The position numbers were made by a program, and so were the translations under genes. Shown here piece after piece: positions 1-9,980 of a stretch of 27,519 nt of DNA; the stretch's first letter is position 1, and each line of letters begins with the position of its first letter. The notes under the pieces are model-generated. The model saw only the letters and a program-made list of their open reading frames with translations, made no database searches and was not told the origin of the DNA. Origin of the DNA: an uncultured Archangium sp. (GTDB lineage Bacteria; Myxococcota; Myxococcia; Myxococcales; Myxococcaceae); assembly GCA_903905455.1 (NCBI GenBank), contig CAIVGN010000022.1, positions 1-27,519 of the forward strand. The letters run 5' to 3'.

Positions 1-2718
<2,718 letters not shown>

Positions 2719-2752
2719 GGCGCCGGTCTCCCAAAGGTGCCAGAGGGCGCGC

Positions 2753-3148
2753 ATGAACCTCGAGATGCTCAGCCGGCGCGGGCTGCAGGTCACCGGCGTG
2801 CTGCAGACCGTCACCGCCCTGGTCGCGGTCTTCGCCCCCGACCTCTTCGGCGCCCTGTTCCACGGGCGCCCGCTCTCCACCGACCCGCTGGTGCTGCGCC
2901 TGCACGTGATGGTGTGGCTCTTCGTGTTCGCCCTGGGCCTCGCCTGGGCCCACGCCGGCTGGAGCCCCGGCCTGCAGCGCTCGGTGCTGCTGGCGGCCGG
3001 CCTGGGCAAGGGGGTCGCGGTGGGGGTGTGGCTGGAGATGCTGGCCCAGCACCTGGGCACGCCGCTGCTGTGGGGCGCCATCAGCTTCGATGGCGCGTTG
3101 AGCGCGCTGTTCTGCGTCACCTTCGTCAAGACCTCGGGGCGGAGCTGA
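2753..3148 (+). CDS. Small hypothetical integral membrane protein (about 131 aa, 3-4 predicted TM helices)
   Basis: ATG at 2753 gives MNLEMLS.... The sequence has hydrophobic stretches (VTALVAVFAPDLFGALF, LHVMVWLFVFALGLAWA, VLLAAGLGKGVAVGVWL) and high GC3. The table ORF 2705..3148 overlaps the end of recQ, so I took the internal ATG as the start. Confidence 0.5.
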   Translation: MNLEMLSRRGLQVTGVLQTVTALVAVFAPDLFGALFHGRPLSTDPLVLRLHVMVWLFVFALGLAWAHAGWSPGLQRSVLLAAGLGKGVAVGVWLEMLAQHLGTPLLWGAISFDGALSALFCVTFVKTSGRS

Positions 3149-3160
3149 TACAGCCCGGCC

Positions 3161-3856
3161 ATGACGTCCGTGCTCTTCGTCCATGGCCTCGAGTCGGGCC
3201 CCCGCGGTAGCAAGACCCTGAACCTCGAGGCCGCCGGCTTCGAGGTGGTGGCCGGCCAGATGCCCTGCGGCCAGAAGCGCGCCCTGCAAGACCCGGTGGC
3301 GATCGCGGTGCTCGTCGCCTCGCTGGCGGCCCTCGTGGGCGGCGCGCTCAACCGCGGGGCCTCGGGCTTCGTCATCGCCGCGGTGAGCCTCGCGGTGCTG
3401 CAGCGCTTCGTGCGGCCCGCGCTCATGCGCCGCATGTTCCACCGCAGCGTCGCGGTGCAGGAGCGGCTGCTGAAGGCCCACCGGGTGGACGTGGTGGTCG
3501 GCTCGTCGTTCGGCGGCGCGGTGGCCCTCGAGCTGCTCAACCGCGGCGCGTGGAAGGGGCCCACCGTGCTGCTGTGCCCCGCGCATCGGCTGGTCGCCGC
3601 CCGCGGCTGGAGCCCCTCGCCCACCCTGCCCCCGGCGCTGGCCGCCCACGTCGTGGTGGTGCACGGCCAGCAAGACGAGACGGTGCCCCCGGCCCACTCG
3701 CGTTCGCTGATCAAGGGCACGGCCGCCGAGTTGATCGAAGTCAACGATGATCACCGGCTCTCGACCACGGCCACGCCGGAGAACCTCCGCGCGTGGATCC
3801 GCAAAGCCACGGGGACAACGGCCCAAGGAGATGCGAGCTTCCCGCCCGCCGTCTGA
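3161..3856 (+). CDS. Alpha/beta-hydrolase fold esterase (YqiA/UPF0227-like), with an unusual hydrophobic insertion
   Basis: The N-terminus reads MTSVLFVHGLESGP. A GxSxG nucleophile elbow is present (VVVGSSFGGAVALE). The C-terminal part reads VVVVHGQQDETVPPAHS...DDHRL, consistent with an acid/His region. The segment of roughly 40 aa AIAVLVASLAALVGGAL...FVIAAVSLAVL sits between the first strand and the nucleophile and is atypical. Confidence 0.7.
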   Translation: MTSVLFVHGLESGPRGSKTLNLEAAGFEVVAGQMPCGQKRALQDPVAIAVLVASLAALVGGALNRGASGFVIAAVSLAVLQRFVRPALMRRMFHRSVAVQERLLKAHRVDVVVGSSFGGAVALELLNRGAWKGPTVLLCPAHRLVAARGWSPSPTLPPALAAHVVVVHGQQDETVPPAHSRSLIKGTAAELIEVNDDHRLSTTATPENLRAWIRKATGTTAQGDASFPPAV

Positions 3857-3880
3857 CCAACGCAGTCCAAGGGGAAACGA

Positions 3881-6181
3881 ATGAACCGAATTCTGACGCT
3901 CACGGCCGTGGCGCTGACCGCCTGCGGCTCATCGGAAACGAAGCCGCAGGAATACGTACAGACCCAGACCACCAACTCCACGCAGGTCGCGGTGACGCCC
4001 ACGGGCACCATCTACCTGCGCGTGATGGACGGCTCGACGAACGGCCCGCTGGCCGGCGCGACGGTGAAGGTCCTCGGCTCGTCGAGCACCGGCGCCACCG
4101 ACGCGGACGGCGTGTTCAAGCTCGAGAAGGCCGTGGTCGCCTCGTACTACGTGTTCCTCGTCTCCAAGGACGGCTACACCTCGCTGCACACCGGCGGGAA
4201 CTCCCTGTCCGAAAGCACGGGTGGCTCGCCGCTCGCGGACCCCGTCACCAACGTCACGGCGACCCTCTACAAGCTCGACGGCGAAGTGCGCGGGCAGGTC
4301 TTCAAGCCCAGCGGCATCCCCGTGGCCGGCGCCACGGTGCTCATCGACCCGCGGAACAGCCTCGGCTCCGAGTACGAGATGGCGCCCATGGTGGCGACCA
4401 GCGCCGCCGACGGCACCTTCAAGTTCACCGGCCTGCCCACGCGGCCCGACGGCCTGCAGTTCCAGGTCAACGCGCTGTGGTTCGACGACAACGGTGACGG
4501 CAACGCCGACTACGCCACCACCACCTCGTACGTCAGCGTGTTCCCCGGCAACATCGCGCGCGTCTTCCTCACCTACAGCAACGGCCTGCAGCGCATCGTG
4601 GCGGGCAACATCCTCGACGGCGAGCTGCCCCCGGCCGAAGACATCCAGCTGACGTTCTCGATGCCGGTGCTGAGCACCAACCTCGACACCTCGCGCACCT
4701 TCATCCTCACCAACGTCACGCGCAGCACCACCATCCCCGTGGCGGCGACGTGGACGGGCACCACCCAGGTGGCCATCAAGCCGGCGGCCTTCGCCCTGCG
4801 CGAAGGGGACCGCTACAACCTCGCCGTGGCGCTGACCACCGGCGGCCAGAACACCGGCACCGGCGCCAACTTCGCCACCAACCTCGGCTTCCAGCTCCGC
4901 GCGGCCACGGTCTCGCCCTTCACTGCCCAGGCGACCGGCCTCGTGGTGACCAACAACGCGCCCCCCACGGGCAAGACGGTCAACGACTACGACTTCAACA
5001 GCACCTCGTTCCGCGTGCAGTGGAACGGCGTCGCGGGCGCGGTGAACTACTTCGTCTACGCGCGTGACTCGCAGCTCAACCCGAACTGGGTGCAGGTCGT
5101 CGGCCCCATCGGCTTCGTGGGCGCCAACACCCAGCGCTTCAGCACCGTCACGACCTTGCCCGCGACCTTCTTCACCTCGGGCCAGGGTGGTGCGCAGTAC
5201 CCGCTGGCGTTCAACAACAAGGTGACCTTCGCGGTGGTCGGCCAGGACATCTACGGCAACCTCGCCCCGCTCAGCGCGGCGCCCACGCAGCTGGTCGCCG
5301 ACAACGTGGTGCCCACGGCCTCGAGCATCAACCTGCTCAGCGCCTCGCCGGTCGACGCCATCAACGACACCACCTCGCCGACGACCATCGTGCTGCGCCT
5401 GAACTACAGCGAGCCGCTCGACCCCGCGTCGCCGCCCACGTTCTCGTTCCCCGCGGGCATCACCGCGGCCCTGGTGTGGGACGCGTACGCCACCGGCAGC
5501 TACAGCGGCACGCTGACCCTCACCATCGCGCCGGGCTCCGACGCGACGGGCGGGTGGAGCATCCGCGGCGGCAAGGACCTGGCCGGCAACACGCTGACGG
5601 GGTCCGAGTTCAACGGCTCGTTCGGCGGTCGCAAGGAGCTGGTGCAGAACGGCAACTTCGAGGACGCGAGCGGCAACTGCTCGCTGGCCAACTGGACGGG
5701 CACCAACACCGGCACCATGCCCACCCCCAGCCCCACCGGCGCCAACGCGCGCACCGGCGGCTGCTCGGCGACCATCGGCACGCCGCTGAACACCACCCCG
5801 GCCACCGGCATCTCGCGGCTGACCCAGGACGTGTCGCTGCCCACGCTGACCAACACCACCTCGTACTTCGAGGTCCGCATCCGCAACGGCTTCGCGTACT
5901 CGCTGGGCCCGGTGGTGCCGGGGTCGCTGTCGCAGGTCTGCCGCATCACCGACAGCACCAACACCCCCACGCTCCACACCTTCTTCAACACGGTGAACCA
6001 GATCGACTCGTTGTTCCAGTTCAGCTTCACGGGCAACCCGGCGCTCATGGGTGGCACCTCGGTGCGCGTGCTGTGCGAGGTCAACAACACGGGCGTCAAC
6101 GGCGTCAACGGCGCCATCTACCTGGACGACGTGAGCCTCTCGTTGGTCAAGCAGCCGGTCGGTGGCTACTACTCCTTCTGA
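3881..6181 (+). CDS. Large secreted lipoprotein with two CarboxypepD_reg-like beta-sandwich domains, Ig-like repeats and a C-terminal CBM_4_9-like domain
   Basis: A GGGGAAA Shine-Dalgarno-like string lies 5-7 nt upstream of ATG 3881. The signal peptide MNRILTLTAVALTAC carries a lipobox L-T-A-C. Two segments resemble carboxypeptidase regulatory domains: GTIYLRVMDGSTNGPLAGATVKVLG...DADGVFKL and GEVRGQVFKPSGIPVAGATVLIDP...ADGTFKF. The C-terminus reads NGNFEDASGNCSLANWTG, which is CBM-like. GC3 is very high. A hairpin plus T-tract terminator follows the gene. Confidence 0.85.
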   Translation: MNRILTLTAVALTACGSSETKPQEYVQTQTTNSTQVAVTPTGTIYLRVMDGSTNGPLAGATVKVLGSSSTGATDADGVFKLEKAVVASYYVFLVSKDGYTSLHTGGNSLSESTGGSPLADPVTNVTATLYKLDGEVRGQVFKPSGIPVAGATVLIDPRNSLGSEYEMAPMVATSAADGTFKFTGLPTRPDGLQFQVNALWFDDNGDGNADYATTTSYVSVFPGNIARVFLTYSNGLQRIVAGNILDGELPPAEDIQLTFSMPVLSTNLDTSRTFILTNVTRSTTIPVAATWTGTTQVAIKPAAFALREGDRYNLAVALTTGGQNTGTGANFATNLGFQLRAATVSPFTAQATGLVVTNNAPPTGKTVNDYDFNSTSFRVQWNGVAGAVNYFVYARDSQLNPNWVQVVGPIGFVGANTQRFSTVTTLPATFFTSGQGGAQYPLAFNNKVTFAVVGQDIYGNLAPLSAAPTQLVADNVVPTASSINLLSASPVDAINDTTSPTTIVLRLNYSEPLDPASPPTFSFPAGITAALVWDAYATGSYSGTLTLTIAPGSDATGGWSIRGGKDLAGNTLTGSEFNGSFGGRKELVQNGNFEDASGNCSLANWTGTNTGTMPTPSPTGANARTGGCSATIGTPLNTTPATGISRLTQDVSLPTLTNTTSYFEVRIRNGFAYSLGPVVPGSLSQVCRITDSTNTPTLHTFFNTVNQIDSLFQFSFTGNPALMGGTSVRVLCEVNNTGVNGVNGAIYLDDVSLSLVKQPVGGYYSF

Positions 6182-6203
6182 GCCTGTGAGTTCTCGCTGA
6201 CGC

Positions 6204-6245
6204 GGGGCCCCGGGCACAGCGCCCGGGGCCCCGTTTCGTTTCTGG
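6204..6245 (+). terminator. Rho-independent terminator after the lipoprotein gene
   Basis: A perfect 12-bp inverted repeat GGGGCCCCGGGC / GCCCGGGGCCCC with a 5-nt loop is followed by GTTTCGTTTCT. It sits about 23 nt after the stop at 6181. Convergent genes start or stop just beyond it. Confidence 0.65.
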
Positions 6246-6298
6246 TGTACAGGGGCGGCGTGTCTCTCCAACCCAAGGTCAAGTCGCCCTCGGTGCGC

Positions 6299-6478
6299 AT
6301 GTGGCTGCAGGAAGCGCGCGCCCTGTGGACGCTCAAGAAGTTCGACTCCGCAGCCGCGTCGGCGCTCAAGGCCTACCGGGCCGAGGGCCGCGAGATCTTC
6401 ACGGTGAACGACGCCCCGCTGCTCGCGGCCGCGCTGGCCCGGGCGAGCGCCGAGAAGAAGAAGAAGGCGCCGCGCTGA
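6299..6478 (+). CDS. Small hypothetical protein (about 59 aa, Lys-rich C-terminus)
   Basis: ATG at 6299 gives MWLQEARALWTLKKFDSAAASALKAYRAEGREIFTVNDAPLLAAALARASAEKKKKAPR. GC3 is high. The ORF is convergent with the zinc-ribbon ORF, and their stops overlap within TGATCA. The table ORF begins at 6245, but the 6299 ATG looks more plausible. Confidence 0.35.
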   Translation: MWLQEARALWTLKKFDSAAASALKAYRAEGREIFTVNDAPLLAAALARASAEKKKKAPR

Positions 6479-6715
6479 TCAGTCGCCGAACACCGCGTCC
6501 GTGAGGTCGACCACGTCGAGGCTCCCGGCCGGGTCGCTGGCCGGGGTACTGGCCTGCAGGAAGCCGGGCACGTGGGGCTGCGGTTGCACCTGCGGCACGC
6601 AGGCGCCGCACACCAGGCCGCGGGCCGTGGCGTGACCCCCGGTGAAGGGGGTGCGCGCCTGGCACTTCGCGCAGCAGAAGCCCCCCTGCTCGGCCGCTGC
6701 CGGCGCGTCGGGCGC
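6479..6715 (-). other. In-frame continuation of the zinc-ribbon ORF beyond its TAG: 78 sense codons with coding-like codon usage and a third Cys4 ribbon, ending at TGA 6479-6481
   Basis: The codons immediately after TAG, in the same frame, read APDAPAAAEQGGFCCAKCQARTPFTGGHATARGLVCGACVPQVQPQPHVPGFLQASTPASDPAGSLDVVDLTDAVFGD*. GC3 is roughly 95%, compared with roughly 70% in the other two frames. There is no ATG, and only internal GTG codons. Confidence 0.5.
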
Positions 6716-7081
6716 CTAGAGGCCCGCGTAGCGCTGGGCGGGCGCGGGCTGGAGCACGGCCTCGAGCCCGGGCAGGCGCAGGTCGAGCACGTCGGGCCAG
6801 TCGAGCCACACCCCGCGGCAGGCACTGCACGTCTCCACGGGGATGACGCCCGGCAGCAGCACCGGGGTCAGCGACAGGGTGCAGGTGGGGCAGCGCCGCG
6901 CCGTCTGCGCCGAGAGCGGCTCGAGGGCCACCTCGCCGCCCAGCACCTGCTCCAGCTGCAGCCACGTGAACCACGCCCCGCCGCAGGTGCAGCCGGACAA
7001 CGACCCCGCGCGCCCGGCCACCACGCAGGCGCGGCCCTCGAGCGGCAGGTCGCAGTCGGGGCAGCGCAGCGGGCTCACCAC
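6716..7081 (-). CDS. Tandem zf-TFIIB-type zinc-ribbon protein (121 aa as terminated by TAG)
   Basis: Two C-x2-C...C-x2-C-G-G-x-W modules are present: CPDCDLPLEG...CTCGGAWFTW and CPTCTLSLTP...CSACRGVWLDW. GC3 is very high. The GTG start at 7081 or 7078 overlaps the TGA of the upstream REC-EAL gene, giving a GTGA coupling. The gene ends at an in-frame TAG at 6716-6718. See the extension feature and the finding. Confidence 0.7.
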   Translation of the reverse strand: MVSPLRCPDCDLPLEGRACVVAGRAGSLSGCTCGGAWFTWLQLEQVLGGEVALEPLSAQTARRCPTCTLSLTPVLLPGVIPVETCSACRGVWLDWPDVLDLRLPGLEAVLQPAPAQRYAGL

Positions 7082-8223
7082 ACCGGCACGGCGAAGTCGG
7101 GCACCGGGCGCCCGAAGCGGTAGCCCTGGGCGAGCCCGCAGCCGAGCTCGGCGGCGACGTCGCGCTCCCCGAGGGTCTCGATGCCCTCGGCCACCACCAG
7201 CACGCCCAGGTCGCGGCACACCGACGACATCGAGGCGACCAGCTTGCGCTTGAGCGGGCTCTTGTCGACGTCGCGCACCAGCGACATGTCCAGCTTGACG
7301 ATCTCCGGCTCGAGCTGGACGAAGCTGGAGAGCCCCGCGTAGCCCGCGCCGAGGTCGTCGATGGCCACCCGGCACCCGAAGCCGCGCAGCAGGGCGATGC
7401 GCTCGGACACCCCCTTGATGGAGTCGAGCGAAGCGCGCTCGGTCAGCTCGAGCACCAGGCGCTTGCTGGACGCGGGGTGCTCCGCGAGGGTGCGGTACAG
7501 GGTGTCGTCGTTGAGGTCGTCGGGGTGGAGGTTGATGAAGAGGCTGAAGTCGCCGGGCGCAGCCTCGAGGGCGGCCAGCGAGAGGGCGCGAATGCGCTGG
7601 CCCAGGCGCGGCAGCTGCCCCAGCCGCTCGGCCGCGTCGAGCACCGCGCCGGGGTGCGGCAGCATCGGCTCGCGGCTGCGCATCAGCGCCTCGTAGCCGA
7701 ACAGCTTCCCGCCCACCTCGATGATGGGTTGAAAGGCCATCCACAACGAGTCGAGGGCCCGCTCGAAGCCGCGCTCGAGGGTGCCCCGGTCGCTGGCTTC
7801 GCCGAGGTTGGCGTTCATGGCGCTCAGGGCCTCGCGCTTGAGCCGGCCGAGGCGGTACACGTTGACCGCGCGGGTGACGCTCTCGATGAGGAGCGGCACG
7901 GGCACCGGCTTGAGCAGGCACTTCATGATGCCCAGGTCGATGGCCTGGGCCGCGGTCTCGGCGGACAGCGTGCCGGTCAGCAGCAGCACCGGGAGGTCGG
8001 CGTCCTTCGAGCGCAGCGCCCGCAGGAACTCGATGCCGTTCATGTTGGGCATGGCCACGTCGGTGGCCACCGCGTCGTAGTGGCCGTCGCGCAACAGCTC
8101 GAGGGCGAGCTGCCCGCTGAGCGCGGTGCTCACCTCGAAGCCGGCGCGGGTCAGCACCCGGGTGTAGGCCTGCAGCACCGCTTCGTCGTCGTCGACCAGC
8201 AGCACCTGTCCGTGACTCGCCAT
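7075..8223 (-). CDS. Response-regulator receiver (REC) plus EAL-domain protein (c-di-GMP phosphodiesterase)
   Basis: ATG at 8221-8223 (minus strand) gives MASHGQVLLVDDDEAVLQAYTRVLTRAGFEVSTA...DVAMPNMNGIEFLR...LLLTG (REC, with phospho-acceptor Asp). The EAL domain follows: FQPIIEV...YEALMR, ELTER, AIDDLGAGYAGL, EGIETLGE...LGCGLAQGYRFGRP. The stop is at 7075-7077. The table ORF extends upstream to 8658, but that segment is Arg/Pro-rich with no similarity to any protein family I recognise. Confidence 0.9.
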   Translation of the reverse strand: MASHGQVLLVDDDEAVLQAYTRVLTRAGFEVSTALSGQLALELLRDGHYDAVATDVAMPNMNGIEFLRALRSKDADLPVLLLTGTLSAETAAQAIDLGIMKCLLKPVPVPLLIESVTRAVNVYRLGRLKREALSAMNANLGEASDRGTLERGFERALDSLWMAFQPIIEVGGKLFGYEALMRSREPMLPHPGAVLDAAERLGQLPRLGQRIRALSLAALEAAPGDFSLFINLHPDDLNDDTLYRTLAEHPASSKRLVLELTERASLDSIKGVSERIALLRGFGCRVAIDDLGAGYAGLSSFVQLEPEIVKLDMSLVRDVDKSPLKRKLVASMSSVCRDLGVLVVAEGIETLGERDVAAELGCGLAQGYRFGRPVPDFAVPVW

Positions 8224-8335
8224 GGGTCCACCTCTTGGTGCGTCGTAGGAGAGTAGGCCGGAGCGGTCAAACGGCGCTTGGCGGAAAATGGCGCGCATCA
8301 CTTTTCGCCGCGCCCCCCCGGCAGCGCCGCACCCT

Positions 8336-8924
8336 TCAGCGCTGCTGCTCGAGCTGGGCGAAGGCGCCAACCAGCCGCTGCAGTGCCTCTGCGACGCTGG
8401 CCGAATGCATGGTGGCCAGCACCAGGTGACCGGTCTCCGCCGCGGCGAGCGTGAGGCGCATGACCTCGGGGTCGAGCAGCGCCTGCTCGAAGGACGGCGT
8501 GTCGCGGCCGACTTCGCGCTGGCGGATGAAGGACTTCCGCGGCGGGAGGGCGTACTCGACGGGGCTCTCGATGGTGATGATGTGCCGCGCTTCGCGCAGG
8601 TTGATCTCCTGCAGCAGCGCCGCGAGCGTGGAGGTCTTCCCCCCACCCGTCGGCCCACACACCAGCACCAGCCCGTGCGTGGGCTGGACCAGCCGCACCA
8701 GGTCGGGGTGCAGGTTGAGGCTCTTGAGGGTGGCGTGGGAGTTGGTCAGCAACCGAACGGCGAAGCCCACGCCGCGGCTGGTGCGCAGCACGTTGAGGCG
8801 GCAGCGGTTCCCCCTGGATCTTCAGGTTCCCCCGAATCCGGAAGGTGGCCGGGAGCCCACCTTCGAGGTGTACGTCGCTGGCGCCCTGGTCCCGCGCGCT
8901 CTCAATCAACGTCTCGATTCTCAT
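8336..8924 (-). pseudogene. pilT: Decayed PilT/PilU-family type IV pilus retraction ATPase relic (frameshifted, internally deleted, C-terminally truncated)
   Basis: The PilT N-terminus MRIETLIESARDQGASDVHLEGGLPATFRIRGNLKIQGEPLPPQ is read from ATG 8922-8924 in one frame. The core, read in a second frame (table ORF 8336..8791), gives NVLRTSRGVGFAVRLL...GLVLVCGPTGGGKTSTLAALL...HIITIESPVEY...REVGRDTPSFEQAL...LTLAAAETGHLVLATMH. The Walker A box is intact. Roughly 45 aa expected between the two pieces are missing. The Walker B/Asp-box segment (DPDIILVGEMRD in PilT) is reduced to DPEVMR. The reading frame stops roughly 100 aa short of a normal PilT C-terminus. Confidence 0.75.
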
Positions 8925-9264
8925 CCGGGGCTGGCGTGAGCAGGCGGCGTGCCTGCGGGGACTGCCTCCTGATCCCGAGGGGATGGGCGGGCCTGGGCCG
9001 TGCGGTCCGCCACGGTGGCGCTGCGCCGCAGCCGCCGGGTGACGAAGTGTCAGGAACTCCAGGACCTCGAGTGGGGTTGGTCCCCACCACTGGAAACGAA
9101 CAGGCCGGCTCGCGCTCGACCAGCAGACCTTCGTTGACCACCGCCACGCTTGAGCGGCGATGACGGCGGTGCGGCGACGGGTGGCTCCGGGACAGGGGGT
9201 GGAGCGGGGGCGAGGGCGTGCGCGGAGGCCGTTGGGGGATGGATGTGCTACTGGCTCGCGTCCG

Positions 9265-9858
9265 ATGGTCAAGAAGGATGCCGAGCTGGCGCCCCATCAA
9301 GAGGAGCTTGCGGCGTTGATGCGTCGCGCAGGCGGCCTGAAGCGCGAAGGCGACATTGCCGGCGCGCGCTCGTTGTACGAGACCGTGAGGGCGCGTGCAC
9401 CGAGCTTGCCGGAACCTGTGATCATGCTCGGGATCTTGAAGGGTGCCGAGAACGAGCACGCCGCCGCGATTCAGCTCTTCACGGAGGCTTTCCCCCTGGA
9501 AGTCGAAGGGCACAGGAGCCGCGTGCTCAACTTGCGGGCCAAGAGCTTCGTCGCCCTCGGACGACTCGACGATGCCATGAAAGACGTCGACTCGGCCCTG
9601 GCCGAGGAGAGCGGTGAGCCGGCTTCCCGCCTGCTACGCGCGCGCATCTTGACGATGGTCGGACGTCTCGACGAAGCACGAGCCATCGTCGAGGCGCTAC
9701 TCGCGTTTCAGGAGCACCCCGAGGCACTCGGGTTGCGCGCCGAGTGCAGCGAGCTGTTGGGCGACCACCAGGGAGCTGCGCGCGATCGCGCTCGCGCCGA
9801 GGAGATCGTGTCCGCGCCTGGTGGGAACTTTGCGCGGTTCTGGAAGCCGCGCGCGTGA
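9265..9858 (+). CDS. TPR-repeat protein (about 197 aa)
   Basis: ATG at 9265 gives MVKKDAELAPHQEELAALMRRAGGLKREGDIAGARSLYETV.... Helical A/L/R-rich repeats with the TPR-like periodicity (GDIAGARSLYE, LGRLDDAMKDVDSAL, VGRLDEARAIVEAL). The upstream part of the table ORF (from 9160) is Arg/Gly-rich with no similarity to any protein family I recognise. Confidence 0.6.
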   Translation: MVKKDAELAPHQEELAALMRRAGGLKREGDIAGARSLYETVRARAPSLPEPVIMLGILKGAENEHAAAIQLFTEAFPLEVEGHRSRVLNLRAKSFVALGRLDDAMKDVDSALAEESGEPASRLLRARILTMVGRLDEARAIVEALLAFQEHPEALGLRAECSELLGDHQGAARDRARAEEIVSAPGGNFARFWKPRA

Positions 9859-9980
9859 CGAGAAGGGCCGGCGAGACGGGCCGGGATGTTCTGCGAAGAA
9901 GTTGGTGAAGTCGCCACGGTGCGCCGGTAGCGTTCCCACACCGCGCTCCCCCGCACGGTCCCAACCTCCCAAGAGTCCCC

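Noticed and set aside
7922-8658. N-terminal 145-codon extension of the REC-EAL table ORF (7075..8658)
   Set aside because: The extension reads MGRRVGGRPPRSRRCCRR... and is junk-like. The REC domain begins cleanly at MASHGQVLLVDDDE (ATG 8221-8223).
9045-9110. Possible sigma-54-type -24/-12 element (TGGAAAC...GGC) and a 6-bp inverted repeat GTGGGG-ttggt-CCCCAC (9071-9087) in the PilT/TPR intergenic region
   Set aside because: GG/GC spacing and consensus are poor for sigma-54. The inverted repeat is short enough to arise by chance in GC-rich DNA. It is noted only as a candidate operator.
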